64,000 nucleotides of DNA. Origin: Candidatus Acetothermia bacterium (GTDB lineage: Bacteria; Bipolaricaulota; Bipolaricaulia; Bipolaricaulales; Bipolaricaulaceae). Below the pieces are notes generated by a model. The model ran no database searches, had not been told where the DNA came from, and was given only the letters and a program-made list of their open reading frames with translations. The stretch's first letter is position 1; each line of letters begins with the position of its first letter. Of the stretch, positions 11,552 to 20,658 are shown one piece after another. A program made the translations under genes and the position numbers. Where the stretch lies: the NCBI GenBank assembly GCA_024653305.1, contig JANLFW010000001.1, forward strand, positions 29,780 through 93,779, given 5' to 3'.

Positions 11552-12670
11552 GTGCGGCTTCTGGAGTGGCAAGGCCGGGTGATCCTGGAAGCAATGGGCA
11601 TCCCGGTCCCGCGTGGGGCGGTGGCCTCCACCCCCGCCGAGGCGCGGGCAGCGGCCCAGGCCATCGGGGGGCCGGTGGTGCTCAAGGCCCAGGTCCCGGT
11701 GGGCGGACGGGGAAAGGCCGGGGGCATCCGGCCGGCTCAGGATCCGGCAGAGGCAGAGCGCCTGGCCCGGGAGATGCTGGGCCGCGAGCTCAAGGGGCTG
11801 CGGGTCGACCAGCTCCTGGTGGTGGAGGCAGCCGAGGTCCGGTCCGAGCACTACCTGGGGGTCACCCTCGACCGGGGCCGCCGCATGCCGGTGCTGATCT
11901 ACTCCCCCTCGGGCGGGGTGGACATCGAGGAGGTGGCCCGCCGAGATCCGGCGGCGATCCGCCAGGTCCACATCCCCCCGTTGGAAGGGCCACTCGCGTT
12001 CCGGCTGCGGCGGGCGGTGGCGCCCGCCCCGGCCGAACTGCGGCCGGAGCTCGCCGAGATCGCGGCGAAGCTTTACCAGACCTTCACCCAGTACGAGGCG
12101 AACCTGGTGGAGATCAACCCCCTGGCGGAGACGGCCCGGGGGCTCATCGCCCTCGATGCCAAGGTCATCATCGACGACGACCATCGCCCCGGCGCGCAGT
12201 TCGCGGGCCTGGCCGAGGCGGTGGTCGACCCCTTGGAGGCGGAGGCGAGAGAGGCCGGGATGAGCTACGTGCGCCTGGACGGGGACATCGGGATCCTCGG
12301 GAATGGGGCCGGATTGGTCATGGCCACGCTCGACCTCGTGGCCCAGGCCGGGGGCCGGCCCGCGAACTTCCTGGACATCGGCGGTGGGGCGCGGGCGGAG
12401 CGGGTGCGCAAGGGCGTGGACATCCTCACCCGAAACGGCCGGGTTAAGGTGCTGTTCGTCAACGTGTTCGGGGGGATCACCCGCTGCGACGAGGTGGCTC
12501 AGGGGATCGTGGACGCCACCGCCGCGCTTCCGCTCCCCATCGTGATCCGGTTGGTGGGGACGAACGAGGAACAGGGACGGCGGGTGCTCTCGCAGGCCGG
12601 CCTGGTGCCGGTGCGGACCATGGAGGAGGGAGCGGCCCGGGCCACAGCCCTGGCCAAGGAGGCGTCATGA
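11552..12670 (+). CDS. sucC: Succinyl-CoA synthetase beta subunit-like (ADP-forming, ATP-grasp)
   Basis: Track ORF of 372 aa. MRLLEWQGRVILEAMGIPVP, VLKAQVPVGGRGKAGGI, NVFGGITRCDEVAQGIV. SD AAAGGAGGG lies before GTG 11552. No sucD follows. Confidence 0.85.
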   Translation: MRLLEWQGRVILEAMGIPVPRGAVASTPAEARAAAQAIGGPVVLKAQVPVGGRGKAGGIRPAQDPAEAERLAREMLGRELKGLRVDQLLVVEAAEVRSEHYLGVTLDRGRRMPVLIYSPSGGVDIEEVARRDPAAIRQVHIPPLEGPLAFRLRRAVAPAPAELRPELAEIAAKLYQTFTQYEANLVEINPLAETARGLIALDAKVIIDDDHRPGAQFAGLAEAVVDPLEAEAREAGMSYVRLDGDIGILGNGAGLVMATLDLVAQAGGRPANFLDIGGGARAERVRKGVDILTRNGRVKVLFVNVFGGITRCDEVAQGIVDATAALPLPIVIRLVGTNEEQGRRVLSQAGLVPVRTMEEGAARATALAKEAS

Positions 12671-14451
12671 AGCACTGGTGGGCGGTGGTGCTGGCGGTAG
12701 GCGTGACGGCGTTGGGGACGGACGTGATCCCCTTGTCCGAGGTACGGCCAGGGATGAAGGGGTACGGCCTGACCGTGGTGGCGGGAACGGAGATCGCCCG
12801 GTTCGACGTGGAGGTGGTGGACATCCTCGATGAGCCCGGGGAGGCGAACGACTTCATCATCGTCCGGGCGTATGGGGACGCCATCGCCCGGTCAGGGGGG
12901 ATCGCCCAAGGGATGTCCGGGAGCCCGGTGTACCTGGACGGCCGCCTGGCGGGGGCGCTGTCGCGGGCCGCGCTCTGGTCGGCGGAACCGACCCGACCTC
13001 TGGGGCTGGTGACCCCGATCGAGGCCATGCTCAAGGTGCTGGCCGAGGTCAAGGCCGAACTGCCTCCCCCGCCAGAACAGGAGATCCCACTCCCCGAGGG
13101 CAAGAAGCTTCAGGCATGGGGGATCGACCGGGTGCGGCTCGTGGCGGCCGAACCGGCCACTGTGGATGAGGGGACCCTCGTGACGTGGCCCCTGTCCGCC
13201 CCGGTCATGGCGAGCGGCCTGTCCGAGCGGGCGCTTTCCGTGCTGCGGGACGGCCTCGACCTCCGGGCCAAGCCCACCCCGCTCGCCTCGCTCATCACCG
13301 CGTGGCGGGGGAAAGTCCCAGGTCTCCTCGCCCTCGGCGTGCCGCGGGTCATGGCGGCACCGTCCATCACCGGCCAAACCCCAGCCCTCCCGTTCGTCCC
13401 GGGCGCCCCGGTGGGCGTCGGTCTGGTGGTGGGTGACGTCACGGTGGGGGCGTTGGGGACGGTGACGATGACCGATGGCGACGTGGTGCTGGCGTTCGGG
13501 CACCCGTTCCTGTTCACCGGGCCCAGCCGTTACTTCCTCACCGAGTCCTACGTGTTCGACACCGTGGCCGCGCTGGACGCCCCGTACAAGTTCGGTGCCC
13601 TCGCCGACGTCCGGGGCGGGGTGTTCGCCGACCGGTGGGCGGCGGTGGGGGCGGTCGTCGGCCGCACGCCCGCCGGTATCCGCACCGAGTTCGTGGTGCA
13701 GGACCAGGGGCGAGGCACGCGGAGCGAGCTCCGCGCCACCGTGGTGGACGAACCCCGCCTGTCCGCCCTGCTCCTCTATGTGTCCGGGTTGGAGGCGGTG
13801 GACCGGGCCCTGGACCGGATCGGGCCGGGGACGGCGGTGGTGCAGTACACCATCACCGGCCGCGGGATGCCGCGCCCACTCACCCGGGAAAACGTGTTCC
13901 TGTCCACCGAGGACGTCGCCGCATACGTCCCCTGGGAGGCGGCCATCGTGGCCGACATCCTGGCGTACAACGAGTTCCAAGATCCGGAGCTCACCGGGAT
14001 CAGCTTCACCGCCACCGTGTACCCCAACTTCGTGGCGGCGGAGGTGATCGACCTCGCGACGGAACAGGACGAGTACGCGCCCGGGGACACGGTGCAGTTC
14101 ATCGTCACCGTCCGGGGCTGGCGGGGGAAGACGGAGGAATGGGAGGGGGAGATCGTCATCCCCGCGGACATCGACACGCCGTACGTCGAGCTCCGGGCGT
14201 ACGGGGGGCCGCGCCTGCGGGAGCGCGGGGAGGGGGCGCCGACGTTCGCGTCGCTCGAGGATCTCATCGCCTACATCGAGGGCATCCCCACCTACGACAC
14301 CCTGACCGTGGAGCTGTTCGCGGTGGACCCCCTCTCCGACCTCATGTGCGAACCCTGGCTCTATGGGGTGGACGCGCTGTCCGACCGGATCCCGGGGACG
14401 GTGGTGTACGGCGAGGTCTCGCTCATCCTCCCCCTTACCCCAAAGGGATAG
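12667..14451 (+). CDS. Secreted peptidase S55 (SpoIVB-like) domain protein
   Basis: Signal peptide MKHWWAVVLAVGVTALG. N-terminal domain IPLSEVRPGMKGYGLTV...GGIAQGMSGSPVY carries the SpoIVB-type serine motif. ATGA overlap with sucC. Confidence 0.65.
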   Translation: MKHWWAVVLAVGVTALGTDVIPLSEVRPGMKGYGLTVVAGTEIARFDVEVVDILDEPGEANDFIIVRAYGDAIARSGGIAQGMSGSPVYLDGRLAGALSRAALWSAEPTRPLGLVTPIEAMLKVLAEVKAELPPPPEQEIPLPEGKKLQAWGIDRVRLVAAEPATVDEGTLVTWPLSAPVMASGLSERALSVLRDGLDLRAKPTPLASLITAWRGKVPGLLALGVPRVMAAPSITGQTPALPFVPGAPVGVGLVVGDVTVGALGTVTMTDGDVVLAFGHPFLFTGPSRYFLTESYVFDTVAALDAPYKFGALADVRGGVFADRWAAVGAVVGRTPAGIRTEFVVQDQGRGTRSELRATVVDEPRLSALLLYVSGLEAVDRALDRIGPGTAVVQYTITGRGMPRPLTRENVFLSTEDVAAYVPWEAAIVADILAYNEFQDPELTGISFTATVYPNFVAAEVIDLATEQDEYAPGDTVQFIVTVRGWRGKTEEWEGEIVIPADIDTPYVELRAYGGPRLRERGEGAPTFASLEDLIAYIEGIPTYDTLTVELFAVDPLSDLMCEPWLYGVDALSDRIPGTVVYGEVSLILPLTPKG

Positions 14452-14454
14452 CGG

Positions 14455-15810
14455 ATGTGGGACCTACGTGAGGCGGCGGAGGCGCTGGAGGCCCGGCTGA
14501 TCCGGCCGATGGCCCCGTTTGCCGTTTCGGGGGCCACCGCCGATTCCCGGCGGGTCCAGCCGGGGGACGTGTTCGCCGCCCTGCGCGGGACCCGCCACGA
14601 TGGGCACGACTTCCTCGGCGAGGCGTTCGCCCGAGGGGCAGTGGGAGCGGTCGTGTCCCGCGATCCCGGGGTCGGCCACAACCTCCTCCTCGTCCCAGAC
14701 GTGCCGGCCGCGCTGTGGGAGCTCGCGGCCTGGCGCCGACCGATGCTGGACATCCCGGTGGTGGGGGTGACCGGATCGATCGGCAAGACCACGACCAAGG
14801 AGCTGGTGGCCGCGGCCTTGTCCACCCGCTACCGGACCTACCGGACCCCGGAGAGCTACAACAACGAGCTCGGGGTGCCGCTCGCCGTCCTCTCCATTCC
14901 CGGCGACGCCGAGGTGGCGGTGTTCGAGCTGGGGGTGTCGGCGCCGGGGGAGATCCGGCGCCTGGCCCAGCTCCTGCGGCCGTGGGCCGGGATCATCACC
15001 GGGGTCGGCCCGGCCCATCTGGCAACGCTCGGCTCCATCGACCAGGTGGCGGAGGCGAAGTGGGAGCTTGCCGAGGCCCTGCCCGAGGAGGGGATCCTCG
15101 CCGTGGCCTGGGACTTCCCGGAGCTGCGGGCGCGGGTGGAGCGGTGCGACGGGCTGTGCCTCCGGTTCGGGCGCACGCCGGACGCCGATTTCTACCCTGC
15201 GGACCTTGTGACCGACGATCCACAGGGGGTGCGGTTCCGGGCGGTGAGCCCCCGCGGGGATGTGCCCGCCCACCTACAGCTTCTCGGGGAGCACGTGGCG
15301 GTGCTGGCGTGCGGGGCGCTCGCCCTGACGTGGGGCATGGGCGTGCCGGAGCGAGGGGCGGTGCAGGCCCTGTCGTCCGTGCCCCCCATCCCCCACCGCC
15401 TCCACCTCCGGCCGGCCCCGTTCGGCTGGATCCTGGACGATTGCTACAACGCCAATCCCCTGTCCATGCGGGCCGCGTTGCGCACCCTGGTGTCCCTCAA
15501 GCTCCCGGTGGCCCGGCGGGCGGTGCTGTTTGCGGACATGCTTGACCTCGGCCCCCAGGAGGCCAAGTTCCACCGGGAAGTCGTGGAAGAAGCCCGCTGG
15601 CAGGGGGTGGACGTGCTGTACTGTTACGGCAAGCAGGCCGCAGCGGCGTTCGCCGTCTGGCAGGGCCCGGGCGCGGCCGAAGAAGAGGACCTGGAGGCGC
15701 TCATCGCCCGGATGCACGCCGAGCTCCCCACGGCCCCCACGGCGTTGCTCGTCAAGGGGTCGCGGGCGATGGCCCTGGAGCGGGCGGTGGACGCCCTCGC
15801 CCGCGGCTGA
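14455..15810 (+). CDS. murF: UDP-N-acetylmuramoyl-tripeptide--D-alanyl-D-alanine ligase
   Basis: Track ORF of 451 aa with Mur ligase P-loop GVTGSIGKTTTKE and the overall MurF layout. Confidence 0.9.
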   Translation: MWDLREAAEALEARLIRPMAPFAVSGATADSRRVQPGDVFAALRGTRHDGHDFLGEAFARGAVGAVVSRDPGVGHNLLLVPDVPAALWELAAWRRPMLDIPVVGVTGSIGKTTTKELVAAALSTRYRTYRTPESYNNELGVPLAVLSIPGDAEVAVFELGVSAPGEIRRLAQLLRPWAGIITGVGPAHLATLGSIDQVAEAKWELAEALPEEGILAVAWDFPELRARVERCDGLCLRFGRTPDADFYPADLVTDDPQGVRFRAVSPRGDVPAHLQLLGEHVAVLACGALALTWGMGVPERGAVQALSSVPPIPHRLHLRPAPFGWILDDCYNANPLSMRAALRTLVSLKLPVARRAVLFADMLDLGPQEAKFHREVVEEARWQGVDVLYCYGKQAAAAFAVWQGPGAAEEEDLEALIARMHAELPTAPTALLVKGSRAMALERAVDALARG

Positions 15811-15830
15811 CCGCCTGGCGCCAGGGCAAT

Positions 15831-17060
15831 CTACGCCGCGAGGTCGGGACGGGTCTGCTTACCCCAGAGCTTGAACCCGAGCGCCGCCAGGAACGCGAGC
15901 GCGGTGATCGTCCCCCACAGGAGAAGCGGGGAGGTGGGGAACGCGTCGAGGAGAACCCCCCCGAGGAATGGCCCCGCCGACCACCCCATCGTCTCGGCGA
16001 GGCCGAACGCCCCCATGTACCGGCCGCGGTGGGCCGGCGGGGCCAGTTCCGCGGTCACGGTGAGCGTGCTCGGGGCGAACACGATCTCCCCCAGGGTGAC
16101 CACGGCGATCGCCCCCAGCAGGCCCGGGAACGCCCGCAGCCAGCCGAACGCAAGGTACCCCACCCCATAGAGAAGGCTCCCCAGCACCAGGGCCCTCCCC
16201 CGCCGCAGGCGGTCCACCCCACGGGCCACGGGGTACTGGAGGAACACCACCAGTAGCCCATTCAGGGTGAGGAGCGCCCCGAACTTGGCCTCGGACAGGC
16301 CGAGCCGCTCCACCGTGTACACGGACAACGTGGACACGAGTTGGCCGGCCACCAGAAACACGAGCAGCGACAGGCCGACGAACGCGAGGAACCGGCGGTG
16401 GGCGAGCACCTCCCGCAACGCCCCCAGCACCGGCTCCCGCTCCCCCCGGGCGTGGGACTCGCGGGCAAACGCGGCGAGGAGGAAGAAGGCGACGCTCGAC
16501 GCCAACGCGGTGACCGCGAACAGGGTCCAATACGGGAGGAACGCGGCGAGGTACCCGCCCAGCGCTGGCCCGGCCGCCCACCCCACGTTGCCCCCCACCC
16601 GCAGGAGGCCGTACGCCTCCATGCGCTGTCCCCCGGGGGCGAGGTCGGCGACCATGGCCGAGATCGCGGTCATGGCCAGGGCCCCGGTGATGCGCACCCC
16701 GAGGTAAACGGCGGCGATCGCCCACACCGGGCCGGTGCCCCGGATCAGGGCGGCCAAGACCAGGAACAGGAGCACCCGCACCCCCGCAGCGCCGAGCACG
16801 GTGGGCCGCCGCCCCAGCCGATCGGCAAGTTCTCCGCCGGCCATCCGGCCGGCGGCGCTGACCACAGCGTTGGCGAGCATGATCGCCCCCACCACGGTCA
16901 TGGAGAGATCCCGGTCGCGGTGGAGGTACAGGGACAGAAACGGAAGGGCGATGGAGAACCCGGCCGAGGTGACGAGCTGGCTCGCCACCAGCGCCCACAG
17001 CCGGCCGTCGAACCGGCCCAGGAAGCGGCCGCGCCGCGCGAGCCACCGGGGCACGATCAT
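15831..17060 (-). CDS. MFS transporter
   Basis: The C-terminal 409 codons of track ORF 15831..17819, starting at MIVPRWLARRG (ATG 17060-17058). About 12 hydrophobic helices and the MFS loop motif GGELADRLGRRP. The upstream part of the track ORF is a shadow over the DUF554 gene. Confidence 0.8.
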   Translation of the reverse strand: MIVPRWLARRGRFLGRFDGRLWALVASQLVTSAGFSIALPFLSLYLHRDRDLSMTVVGAIMLANAVVSAAGRMAGGELADRLGRRPTVLGAAGVRVLLFLVLAALIRGTGPVWAIAAVYLGVRITGALAMTAISAMVADLAPGGQRMEAYGLLRVGGNVGWAAGPALGGYLAAFLPYWTLFAVTALASSVAFFLLAAFARESHARGEREPVLGALREVLAHRRFLAFVGLSLLVFLVAGQLVSTLSVYTVERLGLSEAKFGALLTLNGLLVVFLQYPVARGVDRLRRGRALVLGSLLYGVGYLAFGWLRAFPGLLGAIAVVTLGEIVFAPSTLTVTAELAPPAHRGRYMGAFGLAETMGWSAGPFLGGVLLDAFPTSPLLLWGTITALAFLAALGFKLWGKQTRPDLAA

Positions 17061-17752
17061 GGGAGATACCGGAACAGCCAGGACAGGAGGGGGGCCAGGA
17101 GGAGGGCGGGGAGGAAGTCGGCCGCCCGGATGTCCCGCAGCTTGAGGAGGCCGATCCCCAGGGCGAGGACCACCGCTCCGCCGGCCGCGGACAGCTCCAC
17201 CACTGCCGGTGCGTCCGGGGAGAAGCCGGCCAGCGAGGACGCGAACAGGTGCGCGGCCAACGTCAACCCGCCCTGATAGACGAGGATCACGAGGAGCGAG
17301 AGCAGCACCCCCGGCCCCAACGCCGCGGCCAGGGTGAGGGCCGAGATCCCGTCCAGGATCGACTTGGCCGCGAGCAGGGACCAATCGCCAACTAGGCCGT
17401 CTTGAATGGCCCCGAGCACGGTCAGCGGCCCCACACAAAAGAGGAGGCTGGCGGTGAGGAACCCCTCCGCAACCGGGCGACCGCGGAACAGGGCCTCCAG
17501 CCGCCGGCTCCCCAGTTCGATCCGCTCGGCGAGGTGGACCGCCGAGCCCAGCGCCCCCCCGAGGATGACCGCGAGCATCAGGACGAGCACGTTCTGGGTC
17601 CCCAAGGCCAGGCGGAACCCGAGGACGACGGTGGCCAGGCCCACCCCGGCCGTGGCTGCCTCGCGCACCCGCGCCGGGACCCGTGCCCCCAGGGCCCAAC
17701 CGGCGGCGCCCCCCACCAATACCGTCCCCATGTTGATCCAGGTGCCGGTCAT
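17057..17752 (-). CDS. DUF554 family membrane protein
   Basis: Start chosen at MTGTWINMGTVLVGG (ATG 17752-17750). Polytopic membrane protein. ATGA overlap with the MFS gene start. Confidence 0.7.
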   Translation of the reverse strand: MTGTWINMGTVLVGGAAGWALGARVPARVREAATAGVGLATVVLGFRLALGTQNVLVLMLAVILGGALGSAVHLAERIELGSRRLEALFRGRPVAEGFLTASLLFCVGPLTVLGAIQDGLVGDWSLLAAKSILDGISALTLAAALGPGVLLSLLVILVYQGGLTLAAHLFASSLAGFSPDAPAVVELSAAGGAVVLALGIGLLKLRDIRAADFLPALLLAPLLSWLFRYLP

Positions 17753-17803
17753 CGTGGGCCATATGGTAGCCGGAGGGCCACACCCCCCCAAGCCACCCAC
17801 GGT

Positions 17804-17833
17804 TTGACAGACGAAGCATCGCGCCCCTAAACT
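17804..17833 (+). promoter_or_regulatory. Candidate sigma-70-type promoter for mscL
   Basis: TTGACA (17804-17809), 18-nt spacer, TAAACT (17828-17833), 21 nt upstream of the mscL ATG. Confidence 0.35.
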
Positions 17834-17854
17834 GCGCGGGAGAGGTGGTGGCGA

Positions 17855-18286
17855 ATGTGGAAGGAGTTTCGAGATTTCATTGCCAAAGGGAACCTGGTGG
17901 AGATCGCGGTGGCGTTCATCATGGGCGCCGCGTTCGGGGCGGTGGTGCGGTCGTTCGTGTTCGACCTCGTGATGCCCGTGATCGGGAAGCTTGTGGGGAA
18001 CGTGGATTTCTCGAACCTATTCGTCGTCCTCACCGGGGAGAGTTACCCCTCGGCGGCGGCGGCCCGGGCGGCTGGGGCGGCGGCCATCTACTGGGGCGAG
18101 TTCGTAAACGCCCTCATCAACTTCCTCATCATCGCCCTGGTCATGTTCCTGCTCCTCCGGGCCGTGATGCGGATGCAGAAGCCGAAGCCGAAGGAGGCGC
18201 CGGCCACGAAGGAGTGCCCGTACTGCAAGACCCAGATCCCCATCGGGGCTACCCGCTGCCCGCACTGCACCTCAACCCTGGCCTGA
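17855..18286 (+). CDS. mscL: Large-conductance mechanosensitive channel with a C-terminal CxxC...CxxC extension
   Basis: MWKEFRDFIAKGNLVEIAVAFIMGAAFGAVV is the canonical MscL N-terminus and TM1. C-terminal CPYCKTQIPIGATRCPHC. Confidence 0.9.
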   Translation: MWKEFRDFIAKGNLVEIAVAFIMGAAFGAVVRSFVFDLVMPVIGKLVGNVDFSNLFVVLTGESYPSAAAARAAGAAAIYWGEFVNALINFLIIALVMFLLLRAVMRMQKPKPKEAPATKECPYCKTQIPIGATRCPHCTSTLA

Positions 18287-18314
18287 CGCGCGTCCCGCGA
18301 GGTTGAGAGAGAAC

Positions 18315-18341
18315 GCCGGGGGAGGTAGGCCCTCCCCCGGC
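18315..18341. terminator. Hairpin between the convergent mscL and a small minus-strand ORF
   Basis: Perfect 11-bp GC-rich stem GCCGGGGGAGG / CCTCCCCCGGC with a 5-nt loop. No clear U-tract on either strand. Confidence 0.45.
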
Positions 18342-18382
18342 ACTTGCTCACGGGACGGGGCGAACCGCCCGTGGCACCTCGC

Positions 18383-18481
18383 TCACATCCGGACTGCCCG
18401 GGCGAGCACTGGAACCGCGATCATCGCCGCCAGGGCCAACCCGACGGCGATGCCGATGAGGACCTTGTCTCGCGTGGTCAT
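18383..18481 (-). CDS. Candidate 32-aa single-TM small protein
   Basis: The ATG is preceded by TTTGGAGGGCAG (SD GGAGGG, 3-nt spacing). Peptide MTTRDKVLIGIAVGLALAAMIAVPVLARAVRM. 27 of 31 sense codons after the ATG end in G/C. No homology was recognised. Confidence 0.3.
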   Translation of the reverse strand: MTTRDKVLIGIAVGLALAAMIAVPVLARAVRM

Positions 18482-18798
18482 CTGCCCTCCAAACGACACC
18501 GGCCCGGTCCGGCCGGCCAACGCGGAAGTATCCACGCGGAGGCGTGGACGATCCGTGGAAAGGGGGTGGAAGGACAGAGGACATCGCCGCCCCCAGCGGG
18601 TGACAGGTGACGGGGGGAGGCCCAGGGGCGCATGGCACCCTGTCCACACCGGTGTGTGTTCGCTAGCATCACGGCGCAAGGGCTCCAAAGGCGCGGCTCC
18701 CGGGTTCCACCGCGGGGACGGGCTCCTGCGCCCGCCCGCCTCCACGTTGGCTGTGCCCGCGAACGCCCAGTTGATCACGGACACCGAGGCAGCAGCAG

Positions 18799-20132
18799 TT
18801 GCTCAGCACCCTGGCCCAACTGCACGAAATACGGGGAGCTGACCTTGCCGCTTGCCGCGCCCTGGTTGCCAAACTGTATCCTCACTACCCCGCCTACACC
18901 CTCCTCGCCGTAACCAACCCGGATGGCAGCCTGAAGTGCAGCGCCCTCCCGCCCGAAGGGACGGTGGATTACGCCGATCGCGACTGGTTCCAGCGCGCCG
19001 TGCAGACGCGAACCTTCACGATTGGTTCGTTCTCGGGCGCATCACCGGCAAGCCTACCCTGCCGTTGGCGTACCCCATCCTGAACGACGGGGGCCAGATC
19101 GAGGGGGTGGTCTTCCTCGGCCTGGACCTGGAGTGGCTCAGCACCGTCTCCGCCGAGATTAACCTGCCGGCCGGCTCCACCGTCACGCTACTCGATCCCC
19201 AGGGCACGGTGCTGGTACGCTACCCAGAGCCCGAACAGTGGCTCGGCAAGATCATAACCGAGGGGCCGATTGTCCAAACCGTCCTTGCCCTCCAGGGGGA
19301 AGGGACAGCTGAGGACGCCGGCATGGACGGGGTGCTGCGCCTGTACGGTTTCGCTCCGTTGCGCAACGGCGAGCAGACCTGGGGCTATATCCTGATTGGC
19401 ATTCCCTCCGCGGTGGCCTACGCCGGGGTGAACCGGATGCTCCGTACCAACCTCATCAGGATGGGAAGGCTTCGTGACCTACCATGCCCTCCCCCTGGTG
19501 GCCAAGGGGAGGATCGTGGGGGTGTTGCAGATCTTCCACCGTTCACCCCGCCAGGACGATCGGGAATGGGAGCAATTGCTTGAGACCCTGGCCGGGCAGG
19601 TGGCCATCGCCATCGACAACGCCTCCCTTTTCTATGATCTTGAGCGCAAGCACACGGAGCTGATCCAGGCCTACGATGCCACCCTGGAAGGCTGGGCCCT
19701 GGCCCTGGCGTTGAAGGAGGAGGAGACCGAGGAGCACAGCCAACGGGTTACAGAGCTCACGGTGCGGATCGCCAAGGCGATGGGGATGAGCGACGAGGAG
19801 CTTGTCCACGTGCGACGCGGCGCGCTTCTCCACGACATTGGGAAGATTGGGATTCCTGATTCCATCATGCTCAAGCCCGGAAAGCTGACCGAGGAGGAAT
19901 GGGAGGTCATGCACCGGCACCCGGTGTACGCCTTCGAGATGCTGGCGCCCATTGCTTTCCTGCGCCCGGCGCTAGACATCCCAACGCCGCCTTGACCAGC
20001 GATCGGCCTTACCGCAAGGCGTGGCCAAAAGAAGAGGCGCTCGAGTACATCCGTAAGCAAAGCGGAAAGCACTTCGACCCGCGGGTGGTGCGGGCGTTCC
20101 TGGAGCTGGTGGACAAGGCCGGCGGGGGCTAG
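18799..20132 (+). pseudogene. Decayed Cache-like / GAF / HD-GYP signalling protein gene
   Basis: Four consecutive track ORFs in alternating frames (18799.., 18852.., 19474.., 19899..) together read as one sensor. The pieces are a Cache-like segment (LLAVTNPDGSLKCSALP...DWFQRAV, then FVLGRITGKPTLPLAYPI), only the last ~50 aa of a GAF domain (YHALPLVAKGRIVGVLQIF...AIAIDNASLF), and an HD domain (HSQRVTEL...LLHDIGKIGIP) that jumps to ALTSDRPYRKAW with the GYP-motif block missing. Confidence 0.6.
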
Positions 20133-20545
20133 CGCTCGCGCAGGAGGAGCACCGCTTTTCCGTTGTGGGTGCAGGAGAACACGACCAGCGAGGCGTGGCC
20201 CTCCTCGGAGGCGGTGGCGTAGAGGTAGCGGATGTCCAGGCCCTGCCTGGCCAGGGCCTCGGTGACCCGGCGCAGGAACCCCGCGCGGTGGGGAAGCTCC
20301 ACCATCACCACCTCCCGCTCCTCCACCGGGAACTCCGCCTTGCGCAGGCTGTCCAGGGCATAGGTGTGGGCGTCGGTCACCAGGTGCAACTCGGCTTGGT
20401 CGTCGTGGACGATCACGGCCACCGCGAGGATGTTGATGCCCTGTTCGGCGAAGCGGCGGGCGATGTCCGCGAGCAGGCCCACCCGGTTCTCGGTGTGGAC
20501 CACCAACTCCTTGCCGATCCTCGCCGCGCGCACCGCCTCCTCCAC
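20129..20545 (-). CDS. Tandem ACT-domain protein
   Basis: Track ORF of 138 aa with two beta-alpha-beta-beta-alpha-beta-like halves (LVVHTENRVGLLADIARRFAEQGINI and VMVELPHRAGFLRRVTEALARQGLDI). Confidence 0.75.
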   Translation of the reverse strand: MEEAVRAARIGKELVVHTENRVGLLADIARRFAEQGINILAVAVIVHDDQAELHLVTDAHTYALDSLRKAEFPVEEREVVMVELPHRAGFLRRVTEALARQGLDIRYLYATASEEGHASLVVFSCTHNGKAVLLLRER

Positions 20546-20658
20546 CAGGCGGCTAGTTTACCACACGGCGGGCGCGGCCAGCCTACGTGCCAAACCGCGG
20601 GCTTCCATGGCGACGCCTGCTGCTTCCACCTATAATCACTCCCCACGAGGAGACGGCC

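Noticed and set aside
15831-17819. N-terminal extensions of track ORFs that fuse neighbouring genes or run far upstream of the real start: 15831..17819, 36757..38451, 38503..40491, 47879..50605, 59729..60988, 60529..62265, 54767..56053, 55818..57116, 45484..46563, 44804..45817.
   Set aside because: In each case the conserved protein begins at an internal ATG or GTG with an SD. That start often overlaps the upstream gene's stop by 4 nt. The extension overlaps another well-supported gene in a different frame.
20546-20658. T-box leader upstream of metG, an L20/L21 ribosomal leader, or a riboswitch in the short 5' regions of infC, rplU and folB.
   Set aside because: The intergenic spaces (about 110, 37, 5-26 and 25 nt) are too short for these structured leaders, and no specifier or T-box or conserved leader motifs were seen.
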